Below, one piece after another: positions 35,733 through 47,614 of a stretch of DNA of 64,000 nt. Location of the stretch: NCBI GenBank assembly GCA_001724265.1, contig MEDY01000093.1, forward strand, positions 1 through 64,000, in the 5' to 3' direction. Both the position numbers and the translations under genes were made by a program. The notes under the pieces were generated by a model. The model was not told the DNA's origin. It ran no database searches and worked only from the letters and a program-made list of their open reading frames with translations. Numbering within the stretch: position 1 is the stretch's first letter; each line of letters opens with the position of its first letter. This DNA comes from Rhizaria sp. SCN 62-66 (Eukaryota).

Positions 35733-38700
35733 ATGAGGCGCCCTCAGCTACAGCCAGCGCCGCGTGTGGCTACGCGCTGTCTTAACCTGATACGCATGCT
35801 CCCCTTAATCGTCCCGCTATTCTTCCTTCTGAAAGAGATTCTGGTACGTTCCTCCGCTTGTGCCCCTACCTTTCCCACTGCTGCCGCGGTTTAAATCTTA
35901 TCTTAGTCCAACTCTCACTGCCCTTTCTATGATTTCTGTATTTTTGCAGCCATACGTCACGTCGATCCCTGACGAGACGATCCAGGTGCCTGTCGTCTTC
36001 ACCACCCCACGCGCACCGCTGACAGTGCCGACAGCAGTGCAGCCGCTCAAAACAGCGCCGCTGTCTGCCTCCACCTCCACAGCAGCCACAAACGTTCTGT
36101 ACACCACTGCCACGAGTTTGCTTGACGCGCGCCTGCTTACTCCCGCGCCGCTGCGCCCCCGCATGCTTCCTGTTGCCGCCTCTGCCACCACACGCACTAC
36201 CGCTACATCCGCGACTGCGAATGATGCGGCTGCTGCCGCCGCTGCCGCCGCGACTGCGGCCACAGTCGCGGCCGAGCCCGAGATGGACCCGTTTGCGTTG
36301 CCGCCGCCACTAGTGCAGTCCGCGCTGGCAGCGGACGACGCGCGCGGCTCGCGTTTCCTCTCTCGCTATATGTTCCTGCCGCTGCGAGAGCACGTTTACA
36401 CCTTCCGCCGCGCGCGCGCCGCCGCCGCCGCTGCCGCCGGGGTGCTGCCCTCCGCCGTGCCCGCCGCGCTGGCGCGCGCGCTGCCCCGCGCTCCCGCCGC
36501 CGCCCGCGCCGCCCGCGCGCGCGCACACGCTGGCCAGGACGTTTACTCAGGCGCGTGGCGATACATCCCAGCCACGAACAAGCACATCGACGCAGCTCCC
36601 AGTGAATACCACCACGACGACGATGATGAAGATGGCGATGATGGCGATGATGACCCGGTGCTTGCGTCCGCGCCTGCCGCGGCCGAGGTGGCGGCTGCAG
36701 AGGCCGCGGCGGCTCTGGCGCGGGCCCGCGCGCTGCTGCCGCCGACGGCCACGCCCACAGTCGCGACTCTGACTGACGCCGGCCTCACCACTGCTCCAAA
36801 GCAGGGCGGTGATGAGCGACAGCAGGGCGACGCCGCTGCGCAGCCGGCTTTCAGTGGTGAGGCGCACGTGCTGGCGCTGTGTGCGGTGGCGTTTCCAGAG
36901 CAATTCCCCTTGCTCCTGCTTCCTTCGCAGACTCCCGACCGGTTTGTGTTCGCCAATGAAACCGACACCGAGACCGATGTCGCGAGTGATGCTGCGTTTG
37001 CGGGGGACCAGTGGGTCGCTGCCGTGCGCGCTCACCTTCTGGCGCCGCCCAAGCACGAGGCAAGCACTGGCGCTGGCGCTGGCGGGCGCGGCCGCGGGGG
37101 CCGCAAGCAGAAGTCTCGGCGAGGCTCGCGCGCGCGCGCACCGTGGTCGCTGTACCCCGTGGTGGCGCTCGAGGCCGCCGCGGACTGGGCCGTTGCCGCC
37201 CGCGCTGCGGCGGTCGCCATAGCACTCGCACAGCCCACTTGCCCCGCCAACTCCAGCGACACTGACAGCGGTCAAGACGGCGATAGCATCAGCAGCGTCG
37301 ACACCTCTCCCACGGAGGGCGTCGTGTCGCTCGACTGGTGGGCTGGCCCCGCCACCGCGGCGCTGCTACGCCAGTGCGCGCGTGCCGACGGCGGCTGGGC
37401 GCGCGGCACCGACCCCGCGCTCATCACTCGATGCGCGGCGCTGGAGCCGTTGCTGGCCACGCAGCGCGCGACGGGCGCCGTGGTCACTCCGCCCGCGCTT
37501 ACGGGCTGGACTGCGGCCGCATCGGCCTGCGCGCGCGCGCACGCACCGTACCGCCGCCGCCGCGCGCGCGAAGCCGTTGCTGCTGCACGCAAAGCCGCCG
37601 CTGTCGCGCGTACAGCCACTGGCACTGCTATCTCAAGCGATAGCGCGGAGGCGGATACGCCCCTTGAGAGCCACGCGACGGCGTCGGCGACTGTGAGCTC
37701 AGTGTTTAGTACCAGTTTGGACCCATTCGCGGTGCTGCGCAGTGCGGTTGATACCGTCGCAGCCGCAGTCCGCACCGCGCCGCTGCGCCTACTCGCCCTT
37801 GCGATGCCCTCACGGCGCTCGGCGCTTGCGACTGCGACCGCGCGGCGGTCCGCGGCCGAGCCGGCGACTGAGAGCGCGGCGCGCGCGGAGTGGGCAGCCG
37901 CGACGCATGCGCTGCACTTGGCCACGCTGCTCGCGCGCGCCGCGGCCGCTGCGCGTCTCCGCGTCGACACCGTGGCCGTCTTCGCGGGCATCTCGCCAGC
38001 CGCGACCGCTGCCGCGGCTGCGACCAGTGCCGCGACCCCGGCGGCGAATGATACCTTTGTCGACGACGGGCTGCGCGCTGTCATTGCGCGCTTCGCGCTG
38101 GGCGACGCGGAGGAGCTCGTGCGCGACGCGCGCGTGTTTGCAGGCTCCGCGCCCGCGCTGGCGCCCGCGCTGCGGCCTGCCGAGAGAGGCGGCGGCGGTA
38201 GTGGCAGTGCGAACAACGCAGTGCGCGCCGCGGCGCTGGCGCTTGCGCACGGGCCCGCGCGCTACGATGGCGTTGCCGTTGCCACTCAGCTGCCGCGCCG
38301 CGGCCGCGAGGGCGACGACGACCTCGCGATGGGCGCTGGCGCTGGCGCTGGTGCTGGTGCGGGGGCGAATACTGCCGGCGGCGCAAGTGATATTTTCGGG
38401 GCAGTACGGCCGATCGCTGATCTCGAAGTGGCAGCTGAGGTTGAGCGCCGTCTCCGCGGCCCACGCACGGCTCAGTCACAGTTACTGCCGCAGGATAACG
38501 CGGCTGTGCCGCGGGCTGAGGAGCGCGGCGCACTGGCGGAGCTGTGGGAGCTGCTGGGCGAAGTCAAGGATGAGTTGGTGTCCGCACTCACAGCGCCCGC
38601 GATGCCCGCTGGCGAGACTGACGGGCGCGAGTGGCTCATGCCCGGCGAGCGCAACTCTGTCGGGCTTGAGGCTGAGGCTCCGCATGAACACGGACAGGAC

Positions 38701-41700
38701 CATGAACATGAACACGAGCGTGATGGCGATGAGCACGAACATGATGCTGTTGACTTGGAGCAAGAGGCTGCAAGGCAGGCTGCAAAGACGCAGTACCACG
38801 AGAGCGATAGCACCAAGACGTCGGCGTCCGATAATGCTTCCGACAACAAACCCGCAACTACGAGTGAGACTATTCGCGCCACTGAGCCCAAGACCACCGC
38901 GGCCGCCGAGGCGGAGGAGCAACCCGACTCTGCGACTGCGTACGTGCGCGGCCTGGGCCGCGGCTCGCGACTGTTGAGCGCGACCCCGCTGCCCGCGGGC
39001 GGCGCCGTCGTCGCCACCGCGCGCTCGCGCGACGGGGAGTGGTTCCTTGCCATCACGCGTCAGTTCGCGCCGATCGACGGCCCTTACACAGGCGCTGTTG
39101 GTGAGCACCCACCGTACGCGCTCACGGTCGTGCGCTTCTTCCCCGAGACTTCTGCGCGCGCGCGGTCGCCGCTGGTGACGACGGTGCCGCTGGCGGGGCT
39201 GTCCGGCGCGCCGACCGCGCTGGCGGTGGCGGCGACGCCCGTGTGTGCCGACTCCGCGTGTGCGCCGCTGTACACCCACCAGGCCGTGCTTCACGAGGCG
39301 CTGGGCGCGGCCACTCTTGTCGCAGTGCCTTTCGTGCTCACCGCCGCCGCTGCCGCGGATATCGCCGCAGGAGACGCCGCGACGAGAGACGCTACGCTGG
39401 CAGTGCGCGTGGCGCCCCCGCGCGTGTGGGTACGGTCTGGCCCGCTGGAGCGCGGCGCCGTGGCGTGGCTGCCGCCCGACAGTGCAATGGGCGATTTGAC
39501 CGTCGACGCGCTCGTGCCGGTCACCAGTGCCGTTGCTGCGAACTTGCCTGGGATTGGCCACGCGGTCATTGCCAGTGAGAAGATCGCCGCTGTCACCACC
39601 GACACAAAGTACGTCGCATAACTGGCTCATCGTGTTTTTAAACTCTGGTGTATTTGATATAACCTCACAATGCTATCTTTATTTTCTATTTTATCACGAT
39701 TTTTTTTCTAGCATTGACAACACGCTGTACCAGCAAAGCGTGCACGTATATTCGTTGCAGCTGACCGTGGCACCCGCTGCGATGCCACTTGACGCTGCCG
39801 CAGCGTACACACAGGCACAACGGCTTGACATCGACACGATTCACGCGCCCAGCATGGCCTCCTGGGCCTGGGCACCCGCTCTCAGCAACACAACAATGAA
39901 CTCAAACAACATGAGCGCGAGTTGTGTGAACGAGACGGTGATGTCACGCTGGCGGCGTATCGAGACTGTACTCGTGCTTTCGCCGCGCGCAACACCCGCG
40001 TTGCGGCGGCCGGGCCGCGTGGGCGGTCTGCCGCTGCCCGCGGTGCTCTCCGCGGCCGCGCCCGACGCCGCAGCGACGTCTGTGATGTTGATCGGCACGC
40101 AGATGCTCACGCTCGACAGCGCGCGCGAGACGCGTCCGCTCACGGTCACCGCGTCGGGTCCCCAGGCGGGCTCCGAGGAGGCCGATGACGCGGCGGCGGC
40201 GGGCGACGACCCGGCGTCGTTCGTGGCTGCCGCGCTGTCCGCGCGCGGTGACATGCTCGCGCTCGCTGACTCCAGCTCCACCATCGCGCTGCTCTCACGG
40301 CCCGCGATTGTGCCGACGCCGCGCGCGCGGGCCGCGCGGGGCCGTCGCCGCGGGCGCGCGTTGGAGCCGACGGGGTGGCGCGCGCGCGAGCTGCGCGCGC
40401 GCGAGCTGCGCGCGGCGCGGCTGCCCGCGGCGACGCGGCTGCGCGGCGCGGCGGGCAGCGCGAACGGCGCGCTCGATGCCGCGCGCGATGCTGTTGCCGG
40501 TGCGTGGGCCGCCACGGCCGCGCTGGCCGAGGCGCAGCGCGACCTGGCGATGCCCGGGGCGCTCACGGGCTATGCTGAGCTGATCGGCGGCGCAAGAGGC
40601 GTAAGCACCTATGCTCAGGACGGCGAGGGCGACTATGAGGGCGAGGATGAGGATGGCGCAGTGGCGACAGCCCCCGCTGGAGCAGTGCCTTCGACGCTGC
40701 GACCCCCAACCATGCGCAGTGACACCGGCAACAACAGCAGTGAGAGCGCTAACGTCTTCCGCGCGCACCCGCTGTCCGACGGACGCAACCTGTTCCACTC
40801 CTCCGGCGCGGCCATGGGCGAGCTCGCGCCCGACGCCGACGCGACTGCCGCGGCGGCTGCGCCTGCCAGCGCCCTGGACAAGCGGCGCGCGCCGGCGTGG
40901 AGCGTGCACTCGCAGCTGCAGCTGCCGCCCGCGCTGCGCGGCCACCGCCTGCGCGCGCTGTGGCTGCTGGAGACCACGGCGCAGCCCGCACTCCGCGCGC
41001 TACCGGCCCCCGCGGCGCCACTGACCTCCACAACTGTGGTCGCGTTCACGGCCGAGGGGCTTGTCACGGCGTTCGACCTCACGCCCGCGCTCGACACACC
41101 CCCGCGCCGCGCGTTTGCGCCCGTCGCCGCAGCCGCTGCGCCTTCGCTGCGCGCTGCTGATAGCGCTGGTTCCGCTGGCGCCGGTGTGGCTGTGCAGCCG
41201 GCGCTGGACGCGTTGCGCACACGCTATCCATACACCACATTGCCGGACCCTGCTTTCTCAACACTGCCCGCGCCTGATGTTTCCACCACAACCGCACCCG
41301 CGATCGGGACTGGGACAGAGACAGCGAAGGGCAAGTCCAATAGCGCTGTTGGTGCTGTAACTGCGGCCGCCGACGCCGCCGCTGCTGCTGCGCGTCGCGC
41401 TCCTACGACAGGGATGCCCGAGGACGGTCTGTGGCTGCCGCGTGCAGTGACGCCGCTGCCGCTGCCGTGCTTTGCGCTGCTTTCTTGGGTGCGCGCGGGG
41501 CAGGACCCCGAAGCCCAGCTGCTGCCGCTGCTGCCCGCGTGTCTGCTCGCGTCCTGGGGCGGGATCCTGCGCCACGTTCTGCGCACCGCCGCAGGCACCG
41601 CGCTGCGCGGCAAGCTCGCCGCCGTGCCCGCCGCCTCGGCGCGCGCGCTGCGGCTCGCAATGCGCGGCGCGCTGGCCCGTCTGACGCCGCTCGTCGCCGC

Positions 41701-42676
41701 GCTGAGTCCCGACGAGTCCGCGACCACTGCGACGCGCGTGGCGTGGGCTGTGCACGCTGCGATGGCGCGAGCGGGCGAGATCGCCGGTCCGGCCTCGGCC
41801 GCGCCCGCGCGCGCACTCGCCCGCGCGCGCGCGGGCCACGGGTTCTTCGCCGAGGGCTGGGGACTGCTGGCGTGGCTCGACTGGCTCGCCGCGTGGGCCG
41901 GGTTCGCGCTGCCCGCGCCGCCCACGGCCGAGGACGACGGCATCTACGCGCGCGCAGTCGCCGCGGGCGAGACACCCGCGCTGCCCACGGGCGGCTGGGC
42001 GACGGAGGATCTGGCGACCGCACTGAGGGAGGCGCTGGACGCGATCGGGCCAGACACTGCCGGCAGCGCGGCGGATGGGTTCGCGATCAACTTCGTGTAC
42101 ACACCCGAGGACGACGACGCGGACGCTGACGCGGACGTCATGGCCGACAGCGATTTGGGCCTGGGCGCTCAGAGTCAAAGCCAGGGCGCGGGTGTGACGG
42201 GGCGTGGGCGCGGTCACACCAGTCGCGGACAGCAGCAGGAGACTGAGCGCGATCACGACGGCGGCGACGACGACGAGGAAGACTAGGAGGCCGCGGCCGG
42301 ACTCGTGGCGCGCGCGCTGTCGACCGCAATGGGCTCGATGATCGGCGCGTTCGTGCTGTTCGTGCTCGCGTCCTCAGTCGCCGCGCTGTTGCCGCACCGC
42401 CGGGTGCTGCGCAGGCTCCAGGGCCGGCCGGACGAGGAACCCGCTGCCGCTGCAGTTGCCGCTGCTGCTGTTGTTGCACCCGCTCCCGTTCAAGCTGCTG
42501 CTGTGGCTGATGCTCCTGCCTCGGATGCTGCTGCGGCCCCCGCTGCTGGTGCGGCTGCAGAGGAAGAGGAGGATGGCGCTCTCCGTGCTAGTTTAAACGA
42601 TGATGATGGCGCACATCTTGCGCTGGGTGAGAGTGAATACGTGGCCTCGATTACAATTGAGTCGCATGAGCTGTAA
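35733..42676 (+). CDS. Large hypothetical Ala-rich membrane protein (~2240 aa), 3 exons; contains 1 in-frame TAG
   Basis: Exons 35733-35843, 35950-39608 and 39712-42676 join in frame (both donors GTACGT). TAG 42284-42286 precedes an in-frame predicted TM helix (MIGAFVLFVLASSVAALL). TAA stop, followed by AT-rich DNA. Confidence 0.6.
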
Positions 42677-42996
42677 ACTTTCCGTGCCGTAAGGCGAAAC
42701 GACTCATTGGAGTTGTGTGTATTTAAGATTTTATTGAACTGTCTTGTTATTCTTTTTTATTTCTCGGTGTTCATGGGCCCGAGCTTGCTTTATCTATTCG
42801 CTACTTAGCTTCCACACACAGAGACTGTTGGCACGCACTACCGTCGTTATAAACAACGCACACATGCACACGAGTGCCGCTGCAGTCGCACTTAACCAAT
42901 ACAACAGAGAATATTCTTCACTGTCTCACCATATATCGCGAATGCAACACATTCCACTTTGTACAAACGGATAATACACGTAGCTACAATTGGTGC

Positions 42997-44175
42997 TCAA
43001 AGACGGCGCTGGTAGCGGCTCTGCTCGGCTTCCTTCTTCTTCTTAGCGGCAACCTTCTTGCGGCGCAGCGCCTTCGCGAGCGCCCGTGCGCGCTCAGCCT
43101 CTTCCTCGGCAAGCTTAAGCTGCGCCTCCTTCTCCGCCCTGCGGCGCGCGGCGGCCTCATCGACCTCCGCAAGCGAGTAGACACGCAGCTGCCCGTCGTA
43201 ACCACCAGCGTACAGCGCGCCCTCAGCGACCTGCAAGCACGTGACGCCGTCGCCGAAGCCGCCCAAAACGTCCGCGGCCGCGCCCGTGTGCGCGTCCCAG
43301 AGGCGGATCTTGCCGTCGTCGCCGCCGCCCAGCAGACGCGGGCCCTGCGCTGAGGGGGCGAGCGTGAGGGAACGGATGCCGTACTCCGCACCGCCGAAGC
43401 CGCCCGCGAAGACGCGCGGGAAACGTAGGTCCCAGGCCTTGAGCTCGCCGTGACCGTGCGAAACGTAGAGCAGCATGGGCAGCTTGGAGCCCGCAGCGGG
43501 GGCAGCGCCAGCGGCGGGCAGCGGCAGACCCTGCAGCGCGGGGGCGGGGCCGAGCGTGAGCGCGCGGACCGGTGAGTCGTCTGAAGCGGAGGGGCGCAAC
43601 ACTGCGGCACAGGATTTCGCGCGCAAGTCGAGCAGCTTGACCGTGCCGTCAAGCCCGCCAAGGAAGACGGTGTCGGGCGACGCGACGGCGAGGGACGTGA
43701 GCGGGCACGTGCACGCAACAAAGGAGTGCGTCGTCTGCCCATGTGCGAGGTTGTATGCGCGGAAATAACCGTCGTGGGAGACCGAGTACACTTCCTCGTC
43801 GGTCACAAACTGCACGCGCGAAACCGAGTCGGCGTGCGCGGACCACACGGCAATGGGCTCGTGTGACGACGCGCGCCACGCGCCCATGGCGCCGCCCTGC
43901 GAGCCGGCGACGAGGATGTCGTTGCGCAAGTCGAGCGATGAACACTGCATCGCGGAGCCCAGCCAGCCGGGCTCGGACGCCGACGAGACCGAGGCCGCGG
44001 CAAGAGCAAACGAGTCGACCTGGCGCTCCTCCTGTGCGTCGTAGACGCAGACGTTGCCTGAGAGCGTGGAGGCGTAGACGAGGGAGCCAGCGCACTTGAG
44101 GTCTGTCACCACGTCGTGCAGGTCCAGCGCCTTCTCGCCCTGCCGGTACGACAGCAAGAAGTTAGTCTCGTCCAT
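42997..44175 (-). CDS. WD40-repeat protein with basic coiled-coil tail
   Basis: Repeated WD-like units: AHADSVSRVQF..SVSHDG, GGLDGTVKLLD, GGGDDGKIRLWD, GGYDGQLRVY. TGA stop. Confidence 0.85.
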   Translation of the reverse strand: MDETNFLLSYRQGEKALDLHDVVTDLKCAGSLVYASTLSGNVCVYDAQEERQVDSFALAAASVSSASEPGWLGSAMQCSSLDLRNDILVAGSQGGAMGAWRASSHEPIAVWSAHADSVSRVQFVTDEEVYSVSHDGYFRAYNLAHGQTTHSFVACTCPLTSLAVASPDTVFLGGLDGTVKLLDLRAKSCAAVLRPSASDDSPVRALTLGPAPALQGLPLPAAGAAPAAGSKLPMLLYVSHGHGELKAWDLRFPRVFAGGFGGAEYGIRSLTLAPSAQGPRLLGGGDDGKIRLWDAHTGAAADVLGGFGDGVTCLQVAEGALYAGGYDGQLRVYSLAEVDEAAARRRAEKEAQLKLAEEEAERARALAKALRRKKVAAKKKKEAEQSRYQRRL

Positions 44176-44734
44176 GGTACTGTAGCCTTACAATGTGTCT
44201 GTCGTGCCGTGCTGTCTGAGTCGCGATGGTCGCTGTTATGGCTTTTCAAGGGGCAAAGTTTGAGGAAACGTCTACGAGTTTAGCGAGGTGAAGTTGGGGA
44301 GAAACGGCAAGCGTAGTGTGAGGTATATCCAAATGTTGGAACTGATGCTATCATAGATGTTTATATAGATTGTACGCTAAGCGTTGGAAAAATACACAGT
44401 TTCCGGTTTAACGGATGTTGCATGTCGTAGGAGCCAATTTGTTTCGGCTATTCGTCGTAACGGCTCTCGCTTCGGTCGCCGACCGACGACCCATCCTGCG
44501 CGAGAAGATACCATCAAGATAGATTCATGTCCTACCTATAGACGACGTCAGATGCGTCTGCTTGATCGATATGACATTATGATCTTACTTTCGGCCTCCC
44601 AATCAATAAATTTTAAGCTGCATAACATAGCTCCGTGCCTATTAACTTCTCTTTGTGCAACGCTGACCACGTCTTTTGAATCACCCTTGCCTCTTCTCTC
44701 CCGGCTCACGTCGACAGCGCCAAGCGTTTCTATC

Positions 44735-46408
44735 ATGGCACAGAACCGCGTGGGCATCACCCCCGCGAACGTGCCCACCTGGTCCCCGCACGAGCCGGTC
44801 CTGCACGCAATTACTGGCGCGCAGCTGAACGTCGAGTGGGGCGGCGGCTACCCTGGCCGCGGCGGCCACGTGCACCTTCCCGGCACACTGCACCTCTCCA
44901 TGCTCCGCCTTGTCTTTGTCCCCGACGCGCCCACCGAGCAGTTCTTCTCCTTTGTGATGCCGTTGACCTGTCTCAGTAACGTCAAGGCGACGGAGACCTC
45001 GTCTATCAGCCGCGCCTTCAAGCGTCTCTTCTCCACCTCCAACTCCACCGCCACCGCCAAGGGCAGCAACAACAGCAACAGCATCAACAGCGACGCGGGC
45101 GGCGACGGCAGTGACAACGAGTCCTCCGCTGCCGCCGCGGGCCGCTACGCACGCGTGACGTCCTCCGCTGCCGCCGCGGCCCCTCCCGGCACCGCGTCGG
45201 CCGCCGGCGATGACGGCTCAGTGACTGGCTTCACAGCGTCACTACGGCCTATGGCTAACCGGCGGCTTGACCCCGCCGGCGCGGCGCTGCTGCTGCTGGG
45301 CGTGCCTGTCTCCGCAGAGGCCTCGGTTGTTGCCACGGGCGTCGTGTCGCTGCCGGCGTCGGTGACTGTGTCTTTCGCGTCCCCGTCGTCGTCCAACCCC
45401 GCCCCCGCGCGCTGCTTGCTCCACCGGGGCGCGTTTCTCGACGGCCGCGTCCGCTGCGGGCCCGCGGCGTTTGTCTCTTCTCTCGCCTCTGCTGTTACTG
45501 CCGCGGCTGCGGTCGTGCGCCCCGGCGCGCTGAGCAACTCGTTGCTGGCTCGCGGCCACCTCGCCGCCGCCCACACACTGCAGGATTTGTCTGAATACTC
45601 GTTCGAATGCCAGGCTGCGGGCGTGGCCGAGGGCGCTGCGCCGGCTGGAGACATCATATTTCCCCCCGGCGACGCCCCTGAGCGTTTCCCTGCCCCGCCG
45701 ACCGCCGCCGAGCAGGCTGCCGCGGCTGCTGAGGCGCGCGAGCAGGCCGCCGCGCAGGCCGCGGGGAACTGGGGCGGACCGGGGCTTATCGTCGCCGCGC
45801 CGCGCGTGCAGCCGCTGGGCGTTGGCGCCGCGGTGGGAGACGCGCCCGGCGGCGGTGCGGCGACGTTGGACTCGTACCTGGGGCCCGGGTTCGATCCCGC
45901 TGCCCGGCCGTTCGCGATTGGCCCCGACGGGGCGATGCGGTGGGGGTACAACTACGACCCCACTGGCGGGATCCCGGTCCCCGCCGCGAGTGGCAGTGGC
46001 GGCGCTGCTGTTGCTGCTGCGCCGGGTGCGCCGGGTGCTGGCGGCGGTGGCGGCGGCGGTGGCGGTGGCGGTGGCGGTGGCGGCGGTGGCGTGGTTGGGG
46101 TGGGAGGACTGTCGCACGCGCACGTGCAGTTTGACCGGGAGGAACGCGCGGCGGCCGCCAGGCAGGGCAGGGAGACGTGCGCTGAGCGCATGAGGCGCGA
46201 GGTCGATGAGGAGCGCGCGGCGGCCGCGACTACTGCGACGACGACGACGACGCCTGCGACTGCAATGACCGACAAGGATAAGCCCGCAACGACTGAGACA
46301 GTTGGTGCGAACAGTGAGACGGACGATAAAAGCGAGGATAAGGGCGCTGTGGGGCGCGAGGTGGACCCGATGAACGTGCAGATGCGCGAGCGCAACACCA
46401 AAAAGTGA
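44735..46408 (+). CDS. WBP2-like PH/GRAM-domain protein
   Basis: GTLHLSMLRLVFVP..FFSFVMPLTCLSNVK resembles the WBP2-type GRAM domain. The ATG at 44735 coincides with the start of the GC-rich block. TGA stop. Confidence 0.55.
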   Translation: MAQNRVGITPANVPTWSPHEPVLHAITGAQLNVEWGGGYPGRGGHVHLPGTLHLSMLRLVFVPDAPTEQFFSFVMPLTCLSNVKATETSSISRAFKRLFSTSNSTATAKGSNNSNSINSDAGGDGSDNESSAAAAGRYARVTSSAAAAAPPGTASAAGDDGSVTGFTASLRPMANRRLDPAGAALLLLGVPVSAEASVVATGVVSLPASVTVSFASPSSSNPAPARCLLHRGAFLDGRVRCGPAAFVSSLASAVTAAAAVVRPGALSNSLLARGHLAAAHTLQDLSEYSFECQAAGVAEGAAPAGDIIFPPGDAPERFPAPPTAAEQAAAAAEAREQAAAQAAGNWGGPGLIVAAPRVQPLGVGAAVGDAPGGGAATLDSYLGPGFDPAARPFAIGPDGAMRWGYNYDPTGGIPVPAASGSGGAAVAAAPGAPGAGGGGGGGGGGGGGGGGGVVGVGGLSHAHVQFDREERAAAARQGRETCAERMRREVDEERAAAATTATTTTTPATAMTDKDKPATTETVGANSETDDKSEDKGAVGREVDPMNVQMRERNTKK

Positions 46409-46992
46409 GCTGTTGGGGTACGAAAACGGCTTATGTCACGGTCAAAGCGTTATGGCTTCAAGTCAGCGACGGGGCCAGTCTGACTTATAAATAGGAGGAC
46501 CAAGATTAATACCACTTGATTAACTAACTTTCCAATACAATTGTACTTTTTCAGCTTGAAAATCTTGCAGAACGGTCTTATTTCGAGTGGGATCTATCGC
46601 GCGGAATTTTGTACCCAGGGTCCGCCAGTTCACTCAAAGTTAAGCCGCCGGCTGGAGGCTCGACTGGGAGGACTGAGGAGATCATAATTAAGGCTGTAGC
46701 GCTGTGAATAGACGTTTGTAGAGTTGCGCTGATTTTGAACATAGTGTCCCGGGGAGGTTTGATCTCGTAGTTCATTTTTTATTGCTCCACACGACGTACA
46801 CCCTTCACTGCAGCTGCGTCGTTTAACGGCGACGTGTTCGAGGACACCAGTGTCCGCCGCTTCTACAAGCGGTGCGCCCCTGCGGCCCATAAACGTAATC
46901 GAGCTCTACAAGGCACCTCCATGGGAATATCTTGTTTTATTTATTTCCGGATTTTGTCTCACACACCTTTGCTCCCCGCTTTCGCCCCACAG

Positions 46993-47344
46993 ATGTTCAA
47001 GTCTACCAAGCAGCAGATCCTCTTCGCCCTCTTCGCCCTCTTCGCGGTCCTCATCCAGGTCCAGGGCGCTGCCGCTGATGCCGGTGACGTCATTGCGGGC
47101 CTCCTCGGTGCCGGTACGTCCTTTCCCATTCTATTTATTGCTTTCTAACCCTTCCTGTCTCGTCTCAACCCGCATTCGGCCGTCAACGTCTACGCCTTCG
47201 CTCACTCCACCTCTCCCTTTTGTGCTTCACCCTCTCTTCCCTTGTTTAGTCATTGGCATCGTCGCTATCTGCGCCTTCCTCGGCTGGTGGTCCCGTCGCG
47301 GCCAGGCCGGCAGCAGCAGTGGCTCTGAGGAGGAGGCCCAGTAA
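46993..47344 (+). CDS. SMIM30-like small integral membrane microprotein (71 aa), 2 exons
   Basis: Exons 46993-47113 and 47250-47344 give MFKSTKQQILFALFALFAVLIQVQGAAADAGDVIAGLLGAVIGIVAICAFLGWWSRRGQAGSSSGSEEEAQ. It has a signal peptide followed by the DAGDxIAxLLG..ICAxLG..R pattern. TAA stop, though an overlapping GTAAGT could be a splice donor. Confidence 0.7.
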
Positions 47345-47368
47345 GTGCCCTCCGCACGCGCTGCTCCC

Positions 47369-47614
47369 GCTGTAGCTCTCCGAGGGCTACAGCTCGCTCC
47401 CAGAACTTTCTCCCTATCTCTCTAGAACCGCTCTCGCAACCCGCGCTGTCGTGCGTGCTTTGTAGCAACATGCACGCCCAGCTTGATTCCTGCTAGCGCG
47501 GCGCGGTGCGCCCGCTCCCGCCAGCGGCGGCCCCCATGGGGGATTCCCGCCGCAGCAGCAGTTGGAACCGAGCCACATCCATGGCTCGCCACGGGGAAAT
47601 CACCTCATCCCCGT
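47369..47614 (+). other. Cluster of five consecutive stem-loops (structured 3' UTR or ncRNA)
   Basis: Inverted repeats at 47369-47393, 47450-47476, 47524-47553, 47569-47588 and 47591-47614. Confidence 0.55.

Noticed and set aside
44384-44734. N-terminal extensions from GTG/TTG starts in the ORF track (also 48340, 15440, 56286, 10876, 35860)
   Set aside because: This is a eukaryotic locus. The extensions run through AT-rich UTR or intron sequence, so downstream ATGs or spliced starts were used.
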